64,000 nucleotides of DNA from an uncultured Clostridium sp. (lineage in GTDB: Bacteria > Bacillota > Clostridia > TANB77 > CAG-508), in NCBI GenBank assembly GCA_946500265.1, contig CAMMVE010000004.1, positions 7,739 through 71,738 of the forward strand. Direction: 5' to 3'. Shown here piece after piece: positions 9,603 to 19,886 of this stretch; the stretch's first letter is position 1, and every line of letters starts with the position of its first letter. The notes under the pieces are model-generated. The model searched no databases, was not told the DNA's origin, and worked only from the letters and a program-made list of their open reading frames with translations. Position numbers and translations under genes: made by a program.

Positions 9603-9834
9603 ACATTAACCCTTGAAATTCTTGAGCAGATCAAAATGATGTATTATCCCCTTTATAGTCAAAATAATACATCATTTAATTTAACCCCATCATTCCGTCG
9701 CTTTACATTTATGATAGTCTAGTATGTAGAAAATTTCTACTGCAGATGCTGTTATTTAGTAACCTTGTGCATCCTTGCCCACACTTTTTACATCTGCATA
9801 TCCTCAACAAGTTTTGCCTCCTGAAACTCTTTGT
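9603..9834. repeat. ~232-bp structured direct repeat, copy 2
   Basis: Matches 3913-4145; stems aaatgatgtattat/ataatacatcattt, gtagaaa/tttctac, tgcagatg/catctgca. Confidence 0.9.
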
Positions 9835-9994
9835 TTATTGTGAGTTTGCGTTACGAAATCTCACTTACGCATTTTGTGCAAATAGACTGTTTACACTAAT
9901 ACGAATGAATTTTATTGCGTCGGCTCATAACACCTATCTCTTTATTATTTTTAAACGAGTTTATGGCGTCTCTCGTTTTTCTACAATTAACATA

Positions 9995-10030
9995 GAAAAC
10001 TCCAGTTATACTTCAATAACTGGAGTTTTC
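9995..10030 (-). terminator. Intrinsic terminator ending the ICE backbone operon
   Basis: 15-bp stem gaaaactccagttat/ataactggagttttc. Confidence 0.8.
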
Positions 10031-10032
10031 AT

Positions 10033-10659
10033 CTATTCAAATTCCGTTTCAATTTCTTCTGATTTTTCTTTCTGTTTTGCTATTTCTAAAAGAGCATCTT
10101 CTAATTCTTTATGGTTTTTATATGTAACATATACACTAATATTATCAATATATTTATCTACGAATCCTGTTTGTATGATACTCTTTTTTAGAAAATTATA
10201 TAGTTTTTCTTTAGATTCATTCTTTCCTTGTTTTTCCTCTGTAAAATGTTCTAGTAAATTTCTAATAGATATATATGATTCTTCATATATTCGTTTTTGT
10301 ATATAATTAGTAAAGTCTTTTAGTATATTGCTCTGATATGTAGGACTATCTGATATTTTGCAATATATCAAATCTTTATCTTCGTCATCATAATAAAACG
10401 GACAATAGTCAGTATAAAATACTATATTTAAATTTAATTCATCATCAATAAATACATCTGCAACTCTTTCATCTCTATATAGTATCTCTAAAAGATCATT
10501 TTTATATTTTTTTAGTTCTATACCATCTTCATAGTTTTTTAAACAAATGATATTACTAAATTCATTACAATCTCTAATTCCATCCTCTACAATTTTATTA
10601 GCATAAAATCTTATCATTTCTTGCTTTGACATATTTACGGAAAATCTTTCTTCTTTCAT
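10033..10659 (-). CDS. ICE hypothetical protein, acidic C-tail (ETEFE)
   Basis: ORF with SD. Confidence 0.75.
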   Translation of the reverse strand: MKEERFSVNMSKQEMIRFYANKIVEDGIRDCNEFSNIICLKNYEDGIELKKYKNDLLEILYRDERVADVFIDDELNLNIVFYTDYCPFYYDDEDKDLIYCKISDSPTYQSNILKDFTNYIQKRIYEESYISIRNLLEHFTEEKQGKNESKEKLYNFLKKSIIQTGFVDKYIDNISVYVTYKNHKELEDALLEIAKQKEKSEEIETEFE

Positions 10660-10676
10660 CTATGCTCCTTTCTTAT

Positions 10677-11420
10677 CTATTCAAATTCTTCTTCATCTTC
10701 ATTTGTGTTTTCAATTCGATTAATCTTCTCTTGTGTTTTATAATCCAATATGAAATAATTTGTAAACTTTTGTATATATCTCATACTTTCTTTTAAGGTA
10801 TTAACATCATTTTCTATACCCCATTTGCAAATATCTTTTAAATTATAATTTCGAGTATTTATACCTAATTTCTTTGCAATAACAAATGTAGTAGCACTAT
10901 TTTCTATTTGTATTTGCTTTAAATATCCATCAAGATTATATTTAGATAAATTTTCTTGTCTACAGTTATTTTTTATATCATTTACTATATTTTCAATATT
11001 AGCCATTGCATTATTTTCTTCATACTGTAATCCTCTTCTTGAACACATACCCTTTAGCATTTTTTCAATATATTCAATACTTTTCTTGCTCTCTAATTTA
11101 TTGGATATATTTAATTGGCTTATATCATAAACCTCTTGTGTGATATACTTGTATTGGTTATTTTTGTCTTTTATTCTTGCTACTTTTTTAAGTGGATTCT
11201 CATTTTCTTTTACTTCATATTTATGTTTTTCAACATCATTCTTTGAGATTATCAAGCTTATGTCTTGTCTTTGAGATTTTAGTATTAATATGTTGCTATA
11301 ACTTATATTATACATTAAAGATAATGTTTCCAAAAAATCTTTCATTTTGTTAGTATCGTTAAATGTTTCTTTTACTAAATTGTTTATATTTTCCAATAAA
11401 TTCTCTTCTATTTTTATCAC
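10677..11420 (-). CDS. ArdC-like N-terminal ssDNA-binding/antirestriction-type protein, C-tail EDEEEFE
   Basis: FLETLSLMYNISYSNILILKSQR resembles the ArdC N-terminal motif; start may be ATA 11411. Confidence 0.45.
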   Translation of the reverse strand: MIKIEENLLENINNLVKETFNDTNKMKDFLETLSLMYNISYSNILILKSQRQDISLIISKNDVEKHKYEVKENENPLKKVARIKDKNNQYKYITQEVYDISQLNISNKLESKKSIEYIEKMLKGMCSRRGLQYEENNAMANIENIVNDIKNNCRQENLSKYNLDGYLKQIQIENSATTFVIAKKLGINTRNYNLKDICKWGIENDVNTLKESMRYIQKFTNYFILDYKTQEKINRIENTNEDEEEFE

Positions 11421-11425
11421 CTCTT

Positions 11426-11998
11426 TTAAGACTGCATTTCATCTTCTTCCTCTTTGTTTAATTTCTTTGATTTATTTTCCATATATCTGCTTATTTCTAA
11501 TTCTATTAACCTATTTAAATTCATCATAAATTTATCCTCTTTTGTTTCCTCAGGTTGTTTTTGATTACTATTTTTGGTTTCTTCTATATTTTGCTTTTCT
11601 TCTCCTAAATATAGTTTTCTTCTTTCTTCTAGACATTTATCTTTTTCCTTCTTTGTATCTAAAAATAATTTGTTTTGTATTTCTATTTTATTTTGTATTT
11701 CTTCCACTTCGCTTTTTAATTTAATAATTTTATTATTAATCGAATCTATTTCTTTAATATCTTTTTGTAAATTCATTACAATGTAAATAATTTTCCTTGT
11801 CTTGTTCATATCTTCAGATCTCATTGTTAATTTATCTTTATCCTTTTCTAATTTTTCAATTTCTTTCTGTTTCTCTACTTTTTTATCTTCCATTTCTTTT
11901 TTTCTTGATTCTATACCTAAAAAGTCATAATTTATTTTTTCTATTTTTGCATCTATTTCTTGCATTTGTTTTAATCTTGTTTTATTTGTTTCATCCAT
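11426..11998 (-). CDS. Coiled-coil hypothetical protein
   Basis: K/E-rich heptads. Confidence 0.7.
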   Translation of the reverse strand: MDETNKTRLKQMQEIDAKIEKINYDFLGIESRKKEMEDKKVEKQKEIEKLEKDKDKLTMRSEDMNKTRKIIYIVMNLQKDIKEIDSINNKIIKLKSEVEEIQNKIEIQNKLFLDTKKEKDKCLEERRKLYLGEEKQNIEETKNSNQKQPEETKEDKFMMNLNRLIELEISRYMENKSKKLNKEEEDEMQS

Positions 11999-12026
11999 AT
12001 ATATTTTTTCTCCTTTCTTACATCAG

Positions 12027-12069
12027 TAAATAGGGAATAAATAATCTTCTGTTATTTATTCCCTATTTA
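12027..12069 (-). terminator. Intrinsic terminator
   Basis: 18-bp stem taaatagggaataaataa/ttatttattccctattta. Confidence 0.8.
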
Positions 12070-12080
12070 AATATTAAATT

Positions 12081-14681
12081 TTAGTAGCCTGTTCTTGGCA
12101 ATTTCTTTACTTTTAATTCTTTTTCATATACTTTTGTTGTATGATCATCTTCATCCCAAACTAGATAAGTATCATTATATCCTTCAATTCTTGTTTTATT
12201 TGTAAAAGTATCCTCATTTTCTACTGTACTATTTACAGTTGTAAAAATATATGGGTCTATTACTGACTCAAATCCTACATCAACTGTTCCAAAATCAATC
12301 TTAAATTCTGTAACATATTCTCCATCTTTTAGTTTTAAATCGGAAAAATCAATATAGTTGTTTACTTGTGTGTTTAAATTATCTTTTAATAGTTTATAAT
12401 CATTTTTGTTAGTTTTATAATAAATAGCATAGTTTAAGTCTTGATTATATGTTCCAGTTATTAATTTAGTAATTCTTACATAGTCTGTTGGTAAATAATC
12501 GTACCAAGTAAACTTATCTAATTTAGTATTTCCTGTATTCTTTATGTGAAAGTCATATCTAATTTCTTCATTTACTGTAGTCTGAATTAAGCCTTCTTTT
12601 TCTATATCTACATTTGGCTCTTCTGGTTTATTTGTAATATTTACTTCAACTATCTCATCATTTTCTTTTATTTCTGTTGCAAATTCATTTTCATTTAATA
12701 AATACCATTTTCCTGATTCCACTTCTTTTATTGTATAATTTCCTTTATCTAACTTTCTAGTAATAGCAATACCATTTTCATCAGTAATAATTGTATCTAC
12801 CAATTGCTTATTAGAATCATATACCTCAAATTTAACATTTGGTATTGGTGTACCTGCTTTATCTCCTGTAATAGGATTGTCTGATTCACTAGTTTTTACA
12901 ATTTTAATTTTTCCCTTTATTCTTTCATTAGTAATTACTAGTTTAATTGTTTCGTTAGTTTTAACATCAACCTTAATAGTTTCTCCATTTAAAATGTGCA
13001 TATCATCGGTCTCAATTTCTTTTATTGTATATTCTCCAATTGGTATTCTTGATGTTTTCGCATAACCTTCACTATTTGTTATTATTGTCTCAACTACTTC
13101 ATCTTTTGAATTGATTACTTGAAATTTTACTCCTTCCATCTTATATTCTTTATCTTCTGCGTCTACTTTTAATATTTCAATTTGACCTTTTAATTTTTCA
13201 TTTTTTATTGTAATTTCTGCTAATTCATTCCACTCTATTTCTGCATTATATGTTTCATTAGACAGCTCATATATTTCATTTGTTTTTGTTTCTTTTATAG
13301 AAACCATTCCTGTTCTTATACCTTCAATATATGCAATACCATTTTCATCTGTTGTAGCTTTGTATTTGAAACCATCTGAATCTATAATCTCAAACTCAAC
13401 ATTTGATACTGGTATTTTTTCATTATCTAAATCAACTTTGTAAATTTTTAAAGATCCTGTTTTTCTTTTATTATCAATATTCACAGTGCTTGTTTCTCCA
13501 TAGATAAGTGTTGCATTATTTCTTGTAGTATCCAATATATGTTCTTCATCTGTTTCTAGTTCTGTTATAATAACTTTTCCGTGGTTTTAGATTTTCTATA
13601 AATATTGTTCCATTTTTATCTGTTATGAAATCTCCAATATTTTCTCCATTCTCGTATCTTATATTAAACTTGATATTTGGAAGTTTTTCTTCTGTTTTTT
13701 CATCTTTCTTTATTATTTTTAAATTTGCTGTATCTGAATTTATTTTCAAATTTGTTTTAGTTGATGTTTTTTCGAATGGATCTGCTGCAATTACATAATC
13801 TTGGTAATCATCTCTTTCCGCTTCTGCATAAAAAGCAGGACAAGTTTTTACTTTTGCATTCATAACATATATTGTTCCATTTATATCATCTTTAATATTT
13901 TGTTTTGGTATTTTAATCTTTACAATGTTTCCGCTCTTTTCATAAGTTGTTCCTGATGGAAATTTACTTAAATTTACATCATAACTTCCTATTTCTTTAT
14001 TAGCATTCAATTTATATTCTTGAATTACATATTTATCATTTATATACAAATTGCCATTCTTTTGTAATTCCACTGTAGCCTCTCTATATTTTTCAGTTCC
14101 ATTTTTAGCTTTCCAATATAAATTTTCTGCCTCATCTAATATCTTCTTTCCTCTTCTTTGTAAATCTTTTAATGTAAGTCCTAGTGCTAAATCAGATCCA
14201 AGAATACGGTCTGCTACTTTATATGTACTTTTAGGAGATTCATTATTTACTAAACAATGCACAACCACTTTCGTTACGAAGTACCAGTCATCATCACATT
14301 CTACACTTGTTTCTTTCCAGTTTACTCCCATATATCCTTCATATAAACATCTCCAAATCTTTTGGTCTTTTAATACTTCTTTTATATATGAATCATATCC
14401 ATCAAAATCTGTTGCTCCTGATCCTACACCGTGGTTTACTAGGTTCAATACAGAATGCAGGTAATTTTTGCTTTGTATCTGGGTCTTTATAATAAACCTT
14501 GACAACTAGTTTAATCGCACCTGAATCCTTTATTTCTAAAAAACCGTGGCAATTCTTTTTCACCATACAAATGGCTAGTGTCTCCTATCTGCAATGTTGC
14601 AAAAGCAGGAACACTAATATTTAAAATTGTTATTAAAATCATAAATATTGCTATAATCTTTTTATTAATTTTCTTTATCAT
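12081..14681 (-). CDS. Thioester-domain + Cna-B/SpaA surface adhesin (~865 aa) with three +1 shifts at CGG
   Basis: ATG 14681 (SD AAGGAGG), signal peptide; skipping one base at 14546, 14431 and 13581 gives a continuous ORF with LPAFCIEPSKP TED motif, Cna-B repeats and C-terminal LPRTGY. Confidence 0.85.
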
Positions 14682-14699
14682 TTAAAATCCTCCTTAAAA

Positions 14700-14723
14700 A
14701 AAGAAACCTCTTTAGGTTTCTTT
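14700..14723 (-). terminator. Intrinsic terminator
   Basis: aaagaaacct/aggtttcttt stem. Confidence 0.6.
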
Positions 14724-14739
14724 AAAATTTTATATTTAA

Positions 14740-15552
14740 TTACTCTAAAACTTCTTGATGAACATAGGCTTTTGTATCATAGAGATAGTATGAAGTACCT
14801 CTACTATTGTACCTATATTCATCTTCTATATAAACTTTTACTATACAACCTGTTAATGCTAGTCCATTAAGTTTATAATCTCCACTATATGAAAACCAAT
14901 CATTTGTTGGTTTTGATGTAACTGCTACTGCATATCCTCCAAACTCATTATAGTCACTTTGACTTTTCATTAGATTATTTAAGTATGATACTGCATGTGC
15001 TGTTTTAGATGAATTATATTTAGTAAAATGCTTATTTGCTAAATCCTTGTTTATTTCTTCTTGTTGTTCTTCTTTTTTGTCTTCATTATTTCCTTCGTTA
15101 TCTACATTAGGATGCTTATTATCATTATCTACCTTATTATTTGTGTTATTACCATTTTTGTTGTTATTATTTGTGCCACTATCGTTTTTATTACTGTTGT
15201 TTGTTTTATTATTTATTTTATTATCTGTCTTGTTATTAGTATTATTACTTGTTTGTTTATTATTCAAATTACTATCTTCTTTTGTTTGACTGTTTTTATT
15301 TGAGTCCTTTGTATTCTCTTTAGTTATTATATTATTGTTTTCTTTTTTAGTTTCACTAACACCATTTGAAATTGTATTAGTTAATAAAGAATTTGTAATA
15401 TTTTCTTTTTCTTCATTTACTATGGCATTCTCTGAAGTATTACTATTTGATATTGTTGTTTTAGAACTATGTCTTTTTAATAAAACTGCTACAACTATTA
15501 ATACTAAAATAATCAAAACAAAAACAAGTACAAGTATTTTTTTCTTTTTCAT
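14740..15552 (-). CDS. Membrane-anchored Asn/Lys-rich surface protein
   Basis: N-terminal TM, low-complexity NNK linker. Confidence 0.75.
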   Translation of the reverse strand: MKKKKILVLVFVLIILVLIVVAVLLKRHSSKTTISNSNTSENAIVNEEKENITNSLLTNTISNGVSETKKENNNIITKENTKDSNKNSQTKEDSNLNNKQTSNNTNNKTDNKINNKTNNSNKNDSGTNNNNKNGNNTNNKVDNDNKHPNVDNEGNNEDKKEEQQEEINKDLANKHFTKYNSSKTAHAVSYLNNLMKSQSDYNEFGGYAVAVTSKPTNDWFSYSGDYKLNGLALTGCIVKVYIEDEYRYNSRGTSYYLYDTKAYVHQEVLE

Positions 15553-15609
15553 AAAACATCACCTTCTATATTTGATGTTAACATTTATTTTCAAGTTTGG
15601 CAATAGTTT

Positions 15610-16167
15610 TTACTCAATTTCCGTTGCTTGTACACAAAGTCTTTGAGGTCTTTTATTTGTTATACAAGTTATTAGGGTTAACTTATTTTCTTTTGTCGGC
15701 TCTAATAAACTCCAATCGTTTTCATATATAGCCTGTATATTATCTACCATATATTTTCTAGTGTAAAATTTAGTTTGATATTTGAGAATATCTCCCTTTT
15801 CTAATTCATTAATTCTAGCAAAAAATGCAAATTCACCTCCTCTATTATGACTTGCCAGACCAATATTCCCATCATAAGTGGAAGTGCCCTCAATATGCCC
15901 GATATATTGATTTAAAATTTCATTGCTAGTGCCTTCTCGTACTGTTGCTTTTAGACCAATTTTTTCAATAGTTAATATTCCTAATACTTCTTCATTCCAA
16001 ACATTTTCTACTTCTTCGTATATAATTTTTTCATAATTTTTGTCTGTAACAATTGTATTCACATCAACTAATTCAGTATTTTTATTATACAAAAAAATAC
16101 CTATCATGGTAATGATAAGTATAATAATAGAAATGATACTCAAAATTACAATTTTACTCTTTGTCAT
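15610..16167 (-). CDS. Class D-like sortase
   Basis: GNIGLASHN and LTLITC catalytic motifs, N-terminal TM. Confidence 0.9.
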   Translation of the reverse strand: MTKSKIVILSIISIIILIITMIGIFLYNKNTELVDVNTIVTDKNYEKIIYEEVENVWNEEVLGILTIEKIGLKATVREGTSNEILNQYIGHIEGTSTYDGNIGLASHNRGGEFAFFARINELEKGDILKYQTKFYTRKYMVDNIQAIYENDWSLLEPTKENKLTLITCITNKRPQRLCVQATEIE

Positions 16168-16176
16168 TATATCCTC

Positions 16177-17241
16177 CTATACTACTATTTCAATTTCATT
16201 TTCTTTTATATTACAGATAAATTGTTTATCAAAATATTTTACTGTAATGTTTTGACCATACCATTTATTGTATAAATCATTCTTTAAAACTATTTTATAT
16301 TTTCTTGAAATTTCATTGTTTTGCGGTGTTATATCTATTAACTTTCCACTTGCTTTTATCTTTCTTATTAATTTCCAATTATTATTTTGATAGTTATATA
16401 TTAAAATATTTTTTCTACTTATAAGAATAATTCCACTAAATATTATAATTCCTGTTCCAGTAGCAACAGTTGGTACAACTATATTATTTTTTGTTTCTTC
16501 TGTTTTCTTTTCTATATTTGATTCTTCTGTTGCAACTTCAGTATATTTTATTGTTAATGTAACTGTATCCACAACTTCTTTTTTCAATTTTCCATTATAT
16601 TTTACAGTAGCAATATAATTAGTTACAACTGTTCTTTCTCTTATTGCCTCATATTTCATAATCCCATTATACAAGACTGGTACATCTCGTCCATCTATTA
16701 TTTGCGTTTTACTAACTGTCCATACTGGATCTACTAAATAATATGTTACATTATCTTTTTTTATTGTTTTTGGAATATTATTAAGTTCATTACTTTTTAC
16801 ATTCTTATATTCTTTTTCATAATAGACTTTGTATTCTTCTCTATAACTATCATTTGGCTTAATTGTTACAGAACTATTATCTATTTTTAATGTTCCAGTA
16901 TAACCATCTTCTTTTACATTTAATTCTTGTTTAAACATATTCAAAACTTTATATTTATCATTAGTATTAACAAGTAGTTCCTTTGTTATTTCTTTATTTC
17001 TAGATACTATCTTCGTATTTTCTTTTTCTATAATATCTTCTAACTTATATGTAATTCCGTCCTTATTTATTTCTTTCTCTAACTCCTTTTTGCAATCTTC
17101 AATTTGATTTACTTTTACTGTTTTTTCATATTCAAATGTTTTTAAATTATTATCTGTTGCATTGCTTATTACCATATTTCCAATTATTGCTGATAAAATC
17201 GTAGCAGATAATATAATTGGTACTATTTTTCTTTTTACCAT
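16177..17241 (-). CDS. Secreted/membrane ICE protein
   Basis: Signal peptide and C-terminal TM. Confidence 0.7.
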   Translation of the reverse strand: MVKRKIVPIILSATILSAIIGNMVISNATDNNLKTFEYEKTVKVNQIEDCKKELEKEINKDGITYKLEDIIEKENTKIVSRNKEITKELLVNTNDKYKVLNMFKQELNVKEDGYTGTLKIDNSSVTIKPNDSYREEYKVYYEKEYKNVKSNELNNIPKTIKKDNVTYYLVDPVWTVSKTQIIDGRDVPVLYNGIMKYEAIRERTVVTNYIATVKYNGKLKKEVVDTVTLTIKYTEVATEESNIEKKTEETKNNIVVPTVATGTGIIIFSGIILISRKNILIYNYQNNNWKLIRKIKASGKLIDITPQNNEISRKYKIVLKNDLYNKWYGQNITVKYFDKQFICNIKENEIEIVV

Positions 17242-17417
17242 AGTTTCACCTTCCTTATTTTGACTTTAAAATATTCTTACTTCTTAAATCTTTAACAATT
17301 AAATTTGTAATATAATCTTTCATTGTTACATCAGGACTTATACTCATTAAATATTGTCTCATTAATTTATGTATATTTCCATTCATTGAAAAACACACAT
17401 GTTTACTACTTATATCT

Positions 17418-17966
17418 TTATTCAAATTCTTCTTCCTCCTCTTTTAATTTATTTTTAGATAATTTCTTTTCTAAATCTCTTTTTGTTTTTTCTTGTTTTA
17501 ATTCTTTTAAAAAATCAGCTGTAACTTTTATATTATTTTCCTTTTGGCTCGACTTTTCCTTATTGTTTTCATCATTTAATTTTTTTATATCTTTCTGTTT
17601 ATTGTTTTCTATTGTTGTTTTATTTTCTTTTTTATCTGTTGTTTCTTTACTACTTGTTTCTTTCGTTTCTTCTTTTTTATTTTCTTTTAAAGTTTCATTC
17701 ACTTTTATTTTTTCTGTCTCATTTCCAACTACTTGTTTTATTTCTTCTTTAATTTCTGAAATTTGTTCTTTTTCTAATGTACTTTCTTTGGTTTCTTCAC
17801 TTATTTTTTCCTTTTGTTTGTTTTGTTCCATATTTTTTTCTAAATTATCTTTTATTAGACCTGTAACATAATCTTTAAGAGTTATATTGTGTTCTAATAA
17901 ATGATATTTTATTTTCTTTTGCAATTCTTCATCTATTTTAATTGCTAAAACTTTCATATTTCCCAT
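17418..17966 (-). CDS. Ribbon-helix-helix-like DNA-binding protein with charged tail (EEEEEFE)
   Basis: KVLAIKIDEELQKKIK...TLKDYVTGLI RHH-like pattern. Confidence 0.55.
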   Translation of the reverse strand: MGNMKVLAIKIDEELQKKIKYHLLEHNITLKDYVTGLIKDNLEKNMEQNKQKEKISEETKESTLEKEQISEIKEEIKQVVGNETEKIKVNETLKENKKEETKETSSKETTDKKENKTTIENNKQKDIKKLNDENNKEKSSQKENNIKVTADFLKELKQEKTKRDLEKKLSKNKLKEEEEEFE

Positions 17967-18006
17967 AAAATTATTTCCTTTCCTTGCTTTCACAAAAGCA
18001 TATTTC

Positions 18007-18672
18007 CTAATTATTAAAAATTTGCATTAATAAATTTCTTAATTGCTCATTGAATAAAACTGTAATTCCAATACTTGTTAATATAAAAAACAATATTCCA
18101 ATTATCAGTTTTACTATTTTTGTAATTAATTCTAGTAAAAAGAAATACACATTATTTGATTTATGCGTATTTCCCTTAATAACAAAATTTATTAAATTTT
18201 TTGTTTTAAATTTTAGTTTCTTCTTATTTTCTTTTTTCTTCAATATCTTTTCTTGTTCTTTTTTATCAAATATTCTCACTTGTTTCTTTTGTATTCCTTT
18301 ATCAGATAGTGCCTCTATTAATTGTTTTTCTATTATTTCACTAAAATCTGAATCTATTAAATTATATATTTGCATTTGATATAATTGTTCCAACAATAAT
18401 GAATTATCTTTGTAACTTGCTATTACAATAATTCTTATTTTTGGATACATTATTTTTATTTGACTAATTATTTTAGATAAATTATTAATATCTAATATAC
18501 AATTAACATCAATTACAAAATATCTAATCACATTAAAATTTACATTAGTTTTCTTTATATATTCCTCTATATTAACACTATAGTATGTTTCATATAAAAT
18601 TAATACATTGTTATCTTTACATACTTTTTGTATTGCATCTCTGACCTTGTCTTTTGCTATATAATTAAGCAT
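18007..18672 (-). CDS. Pseudo-receiver-like domain protein with C-terminal TM
   Basis: YFVIDVN...IRIIVIA...IYNLI alpha/beta pattern; C-terminal hydrophobic helix. Confidence 0.5.
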   Translation of the reverse strand: MLNYIAKDKVRDAIQKVCKDNNVLILYETYYSVNIEEYIKKTNVNFNVIRYFVIDVNCILDINNLSKIISQIKIMYPKIRIIVIASYKDNSLLLEQLYQMQIYNLIDSDFSEIIEKQLIEALSDKGIQKKQVRIFDKKEQEKILKKKENKKKLKFKTKNLINFVIKGNTHKSNNVYFFLLELITKIVKLIIGILFFILTSIGITVLFNEQLRNLLMQIFNN

Positions 18673-18687
18673 AAGTGACCACCTCCT

Positions 18688-18879
18688 TTAATCTAACCAT
18701 TGTTTCTTAAATGGTACATTATATATTATATTTCCTGACTTTAAGTTTGTAATTTCATTGTGTGCAGTCTCTTCTTTTCCTATTTTCCAGAATACATTAT
18801 TCAATATGCTTATGGTTAAAAGTATAACAACTATAAGTACATATAATATTAATTCTTTAATATTATTCAAATTCTTCAT
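18688..18879 (-). CDS. Small membrane protein
   Basis: Short ORF with one TM; start uncertain. Confidence 0.4.
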   Translation of the reverse strand: MKNLNNIKELILYVLIVVILLTISILNNVFWKIGKEETAHNEITNLKSGNIIYNVPFKKQWLD

Positions 18880-19306
18880 CCTCTTCTTCCTCTTCTTCAA
18901 AATACTTCCTAAAAAATTTATCATACATAATTGTCATACCTTCTTTTTCTCCAAATTCTTCAATATCCATCTGTTCAAAAACTTCATTATCAAAAATTTT
19001 AACCTCTTCAGGCATTATTTGAAAGGTTTGTATTTCAACTAATCTATCTATAATTTCCTCTCTTAATTTAGGATTAATAGTATTTAAAAACCATCCATAA
19101 GTTGTTAGCATAGGTTTATTAGTAGAAGGTGCGTATACTGAAATATCCGCATTCCCATTACATCTTATGTTTTCTAATACTATAAAATCTGCTAAATCCT
19201 CTTTTGCTATAATATATTTATCTTCATTTGATGTTTCTATAAAATAAAACCCTTGTTCTTTACCTATTTCTGCCATTTCTTCTCTATTATATTTTTTGTA
19301 TTCCAT
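18863..19306 (-). CDS. ICE hypothetical protein, C-tail EEEEEDEEFE
   Basis: ORF with SD GGAG. Confidence 0.75.
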   Translation of the reverse strand: MEYKKYNREEMAEIGKEQGFYFIETSNEDKYIIAKEDLADFIVLENIRCNGNADISVYAPSTNKPMLTTYGWFLNTINPKLREEIIDRLVEIQTFQIMPEEVKIFDNEVFEQMDIEEFGEKEGMTIMYDKFFRKYFEEEEEEDEEFE

Positions 19307-19310
19307 TTAC

Positions 19311-19886
19311 TTACTCCTCCTTTTCCATTTCTTCAAATAAATATGGTGCAGGATCTATCTGCACTTTATTTGCTAATCTTATTTCAAAATGTAAATGATC
19401 ACCTGTTGAATTTCCTGTTGTTCCTTGTATTCCTATAATTTGACCTTCAATTACTTCTTGATTTTCTTTTACTTTTAAAGAATTATCTTGCATGTGAGCA
19501 TAAAATGTATAAAATATATTTCCATTTTCATCTTTGTGCTTTATTTCTACACAATTTCCATATCCATTCTGCCATCCTGCCCATGTGACTGTCCCAGCTT
19601 TTACACAAATAATATTACTATTCTTTTCTCCTACCAAATCAATTCCCTTATGATTGGATGATACTACTCCACCACCTTCTCTATTTCCAAATGCACTTGT
19701 TACAACTTGAAAATTTGCAACTGGTATTGGAAATTTCCCTTTATATTGTATATTGTCTTCAATTTCAATATCATTTGTATATTTGTTATTTTCTTTAGAT
19801 GTACTATTGCCAAACTCTAAAAATGCACAACCTATTATAATTATAAAAAGAGTAACACCTATTGATAAATATAATATTTTATGCAT
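19311..19886 (-). CDS. M23 family peptidoglycan hydrolase (conjugation)
   Basis: HKGIDL, YAHM, STGDHLHFEIR. Confidence 0.9.
   Translation of the reverse strand: MHKILYLSIGVTLFIIIIGCAFLEFGNSTSKENNKYTNDIEIEDNIQYKGKFPIPVANFQVVTSAFGNREGGGVVSSNHKGIDLVGEKNSNIICVKAGTVTWAGWQNGYGNCVEIKHKDENGNIFYTFYAHMQDNSLKVKENQEVIEGQIIGIQGTTGNSTGDHLHFEIRLANKVQIDPAPYLFEEMEKEE

Noticed and set aside
9835-9935. gagccgacgc... resembling group II intron domain V, and possible recombinase remnant in 9603-9990
   Set aside because: No full DV/DVI pairing, no RT ORF, multiple stops in all frames
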